This document shows, in pieces, positions 60,388 to 64,000 of a stretch of 64,000 nt of DNA (its first letter is position 1; each line of letters starts with the position of its first letter). The stretch lies in NCBI GenBank assembly GCA_964016885.1, contig OZ024756.1:19034001-19098000 (forward strand), in the 5' to 3' direction. A program made the position numbers and the translations under genes. Source of the stretch: Eledone cirrhosa (Eukaryota). Under the pieces are notes generated by a model. That model made no database searches and was not told the DNA's origin. It saw only the letters and a program-made list of their open reading frames with translations.

Positions 60388-63300
60388 TATATCAATCATC
60401 ATTCAATGTTCATTTCCCACACTAGCATGGCTTAGACGACTTGTCCCATTTAAGACAAGTCTGGTTATGTGACCATGTCTTATTCTTACAGAATTAATGT
60501 CAACCACATTGACAAGGTTGATAAATGAAATATCAGTCCAGTGCTGGGAGTCAATGTGTCCCAATCTGAAGAGAAGGATGGACTGCCAGGTTTTAAAATG
60601 CCCCAAACCTATGACTATTAGGAATGAAGGGCCCTTTATCTTTTGAGCCCTTTTCTTTTAGCACTGAAAGATAAGTAAATAGTTTTTAAAAAAAAAAAAA
60701 ATTTAAGTTTAACCGTTTAGCATTTACATTACTCTATATATACTATTGTATTTTAGTGGTAAAAGCTTTACCTTACATAATTATCTCACATAATATCGAA
60801 TCTAAGAGATTTTGATATTGTTTATTTTGAGAACAATACCTTAACATCAGTATGAGCAACCAGTTTGAACAGAAAGTGGTGAGAGAATTCTGGCCGGATA
60901 CAGCCAGTTTAAATGCTAAAGCGTTAAGTTTAAATGCTAAAGCGTTAAGTTTAAAAAGGTTAAAAAAAAACTGAGGTGTACTTACAACCAAGCAAAGGTC
61001 ACATGAATTAAGTATCTCTTGAGTTTTTATCAAGACATTCTGGTCAAGACTTTCTCCAAACCAAACAACATGGGGTCGAAGAAGGCCATTACAACCTGAT
61101 GTTTTGCATCTGAAGAAGATAAACTACAAATACAGACTTCTTTATTTACAGTAGTGCGAGTTAATAGTAAAAAATATCAAATCATTTACACCAGATGTTC
61201 TCAAACTTTTTGGGCCACAGCACCACCACCCCCAACCCTATTTCCAGAGAAACCTGCCTACATGCAAATTGTAAATAATATATACTATGTAAAAATAAAT
61301 AAATATTTTTTATTTTACTATATATGTAATATGTCATCACCGTAAGGATGAAAGGCAAAGTTAACCTCGGCAGGATTTGAACTCAGATCATAAATGGCCG
61401 TAACTCTTTGCTGCAAAGCATGGCGTCTGACCCTCTACTGATACTGCCAATCCACCGCCGTAATAATAATAACAATAATTCAACTTACCGAGGAAGAAGT
61501 TCTTTAGGGATTCTAGCATCTTCTGCAGTTGGATCTGGGGATCTACATACAAAAGGAACAACAAATAATATTGGTTATAAACTTAGAAAGGAACATTTTA
61601 AAGACAGCAATCAAATTGTGGAAAATGTGTCACGGTCAGTATACACGCAGACACACACACACACACACACACACACAGTGCATAAGGAGCAAGTTACATT
61701 CAGGACTATCCAGGAGACTTATGTATGTTACATCTGTGAAAGAGTATGCGGAAGCAAGGCAGGTTTACAGAATCATTTGCTGGCCCATGACCATTCAGCA
61801 CAATGTTGAAAAGATTGCCCTTTTCTGTAAAGAAGTGGCAGTTATATATATATATATATAAATTCTGTAAACATGACCACCTTATAGGGTGAACTGGGTG
61901 GGTGCCTTTTGTCATGTCACGATCACAATGATTTTACAGGATGAACAGGGTGCTTTTGTTGTTGTGCTGCCATGGTAAAAAGAATTTTCTCACCCTTTGT
62001 CAGCCAAAGCCTCACAAATTGGGCTGTCGTTATTCACAGCGACTTCTCCACACTTCGTACATCTGGTCTTGAACAAGTTACCTTAAATAAAGATGGATGG
62101 GAAATGTTTTAAGCAAAAAGACAATGATCCTTCATAATCATATCTTTTGAGAAAGATTTGTGTATGTCGAAACCCATAACTCCTGATGAAATCATAGAGG
62201 CACTGTAGTGACATACTTGAGTGTTTTAAACGTGGTGGAGCCCATCCCTTCTCCAGGCCTGAAAACAGCCAATTTCTTCCAGAGAATAGAATTAAAAGCT
62301 TTCACTGTAAACTGACTCCAGAAAATAGTGTAATATTAGGGTATATGAGCATACATAAGGGAAAATATTGGTATTAGTGGATTCAATTCTCACGTACACT
62401 AATGCCAGGTTTTTTTGCCCAATTTTTTTACCACAGTAACGCCCAATTTTTATCACACACTAATACCTCTTTTTACCACACACTAATGCCCAATTTTTTA
62501 AAAATCAAAAGAATCAAAAGAGAAGAGATGAAAGAATTTACCATGAAGTTCAATGATATTTGTAGAACCAGCTCTATGATGTAGTCCATCAATATTCTGA
62601 GTGACCACAGATACTGTACGGCCCTGTTTAGCTAAACGCTGTTCACATTCAGCAATAGCAATGTGAGCCTAGAGTAGAGTTAAGAGAAAAGCTGTAATTA
62701 GAACATCTAGCTGTGACAATATTGGAGATATAATGGATAGATAAGTAAGATGAAGATATTTAACCCTTTAACATTTAAACCGGCCATATCCGGCCAGAAT
62801 TCTCTCAACTCTTTCTGTTCAAACCAGCCATAACCGACTGCTCATACTTATGTTAAGATATTGCTCTCAAAATAAATAATATCAAAATCTCATAGATTCA
62901 ATATTATGTGAGATAATTCTGTGAAATAAAGTGATTACTGTGAAAATACAATAGTAAATATAGAGTAACAGTTAAAGGGTTAAGACATTTTATTTGTTTT
63001 AAATATGTTTCAACAGGAAAAAGTTAAAAAAAAAAAGAAAGAAAATGGAAAGAGATTCACTGAAGCTCTATTATTATATTGAGATCATCAACATCACCAC
63101 TATTTAATGACAATTTTTCCACACTAGCATGGGTTAGACGAGTTATCCTGTTATGAGACAAGTCGGGTCAGGTGACCATGTCTTGCTTATACAGAACTGG
63201 TTCTGGCTTGGTTTCTACAACTGGATGCCCTTCCTAACACCAACCATATTTACAGTGTGTACTGAATGCTTTTTGTCATGACACCTACATGACCACTTTA

Positions 63301-63603
63301 CAGTGTGGACTGGGTGCTTTTTGTCGTGACACCTACATGACCAGTTTAAAGTGTGGACCGGGTGCTTTTTGTCGTGACACCTACATGACCACTTTACAGG
63401 GTGGACCGAGAGGTTCATGGCAGGAATGCATTTGATCCCAGCTCAGGATGACCAAGGGTTAAACAGTATCAACATCAAAGAACAATAATTCAGTGAGTAC
63501 TTACCTTGTTCGGCTGTTTATTAGCCATCAATTCACGCCGATAATGGTAGAATTCCCAGACCAATGATGGATTTTTGGAAAATGCTGTTGGACTAGCTAG
63601 TTC
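58350..63603 (-). CDS. SIRT5: NAD-dependent protein deacylase sirtuin-5 (class III sirtuin); last 7 coding exons, 5' part beyond the window
   Basis: Exons 63603-63505 ([13 protein letters not shown], the class III Y-x-x-R motif), 62668-62542 ([19 protein letters not shown]), 62081-61994 ([17 protein letters not shown]), 61542-61489, 61109-60986 ([27 protein letters not shown]), 59932-59817 ([17 protein letters not shown]), 58425-58350 ([12 protein letters not shown]). Phases are consistent. Confidence 0.96.
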
Positions 63604-64000
63604 CTGGGTGGAAGAGAGAGATTTGAATATATGGTAAAAGGTGCTGAATTCTTCAATCATTCAAAACAAGTCAGTTGGCTCTAATACTTCTTTTCTTCAC
63701 CCACTTATTCCTGAGAGGGGCGTGGGAGCAGAGTCCTCCTCAAACACTTCTTCCAGCAAGTACTGCCAGAAGCAACCATCTCCAACTGATCTGGCTGGAT
63801 CCCCAAGCGAGACCAGCCAAGCTCATGGATCTTATCCAACCATCTTGATCAGGATCTACCCCTGGGTCTCCTGCTGGTTGGTTTTGCCCCTAAAATCTGG
63901 CCAGTGATTCTTTCCTGAGACATTCTAACCACATGTCCGTAATATCGGAGCTGTGATCTCTCAATTTGGAGAAACAGTGGCTCTACCTGGAGTGAATATC

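Noticed and set aside
61600-61835. C2H2 zinc finger ORF ([23 protein letters not shown])
   Set aside because: Typical 3' end of an RTE-type LINE inside a SIRT5 intron, not a host gene.
62162-62216. GAAAC..CTGATGA inside a small hairpin (similar case at 42041-42075)
   Set aside because: The order and pairing do not fit any hammerhead topology with a valid NUH site.

Overview
AT-rich animal genomic DNA. The SINE/RTE/microsatellite content suggests a mollusc, most likely an octopus-type coleoid cephalopod; this is inference. Three intron-rich genes were reconstructed exon by exon: a copine (minus strand, 13 coding exons, 31243->10539, last exon not found in the window), IMPACT (plus strand, 10 exons, 43876/43912-55330, probably head-to-head with the copine) and SIRT5 (minus strand, last 7 exons, 63603->58350, tail-to-tail with IMPACT). 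Introns carry tRNA-derived SINEs, a young 5'-truncated RTE LINE, a decayed CRE-like LINE, Helitron/hAT/mariner/piggyBac-like non-autonomous elements and several minisatellites. Two things are not explained by the ORF track. (1) There is a dense set of short, sequence-diverse elements, mostly beside (TA)n, that resemble Penelope-like pseudo-LTR remnants. They carry 10 intact type I hammerhead ribozyme cores at 8 loci plus decayed or half copies, and many share one architecture: fold-back inverted arm, hammerhead with palindromic stem III, ACTC-hairpin-GAGTRCT, 30-60 nt tail, (TA)n. One abuts a 1.3 kb near-perfect palindrome. (2) A ~160 bp inverted copy of a copine exon with its splice acceptor sits in another intron of the same gene and could pair with that exon in the pre-mRNA. 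All alignments and folds were done by eye; nothing was computed or searched.
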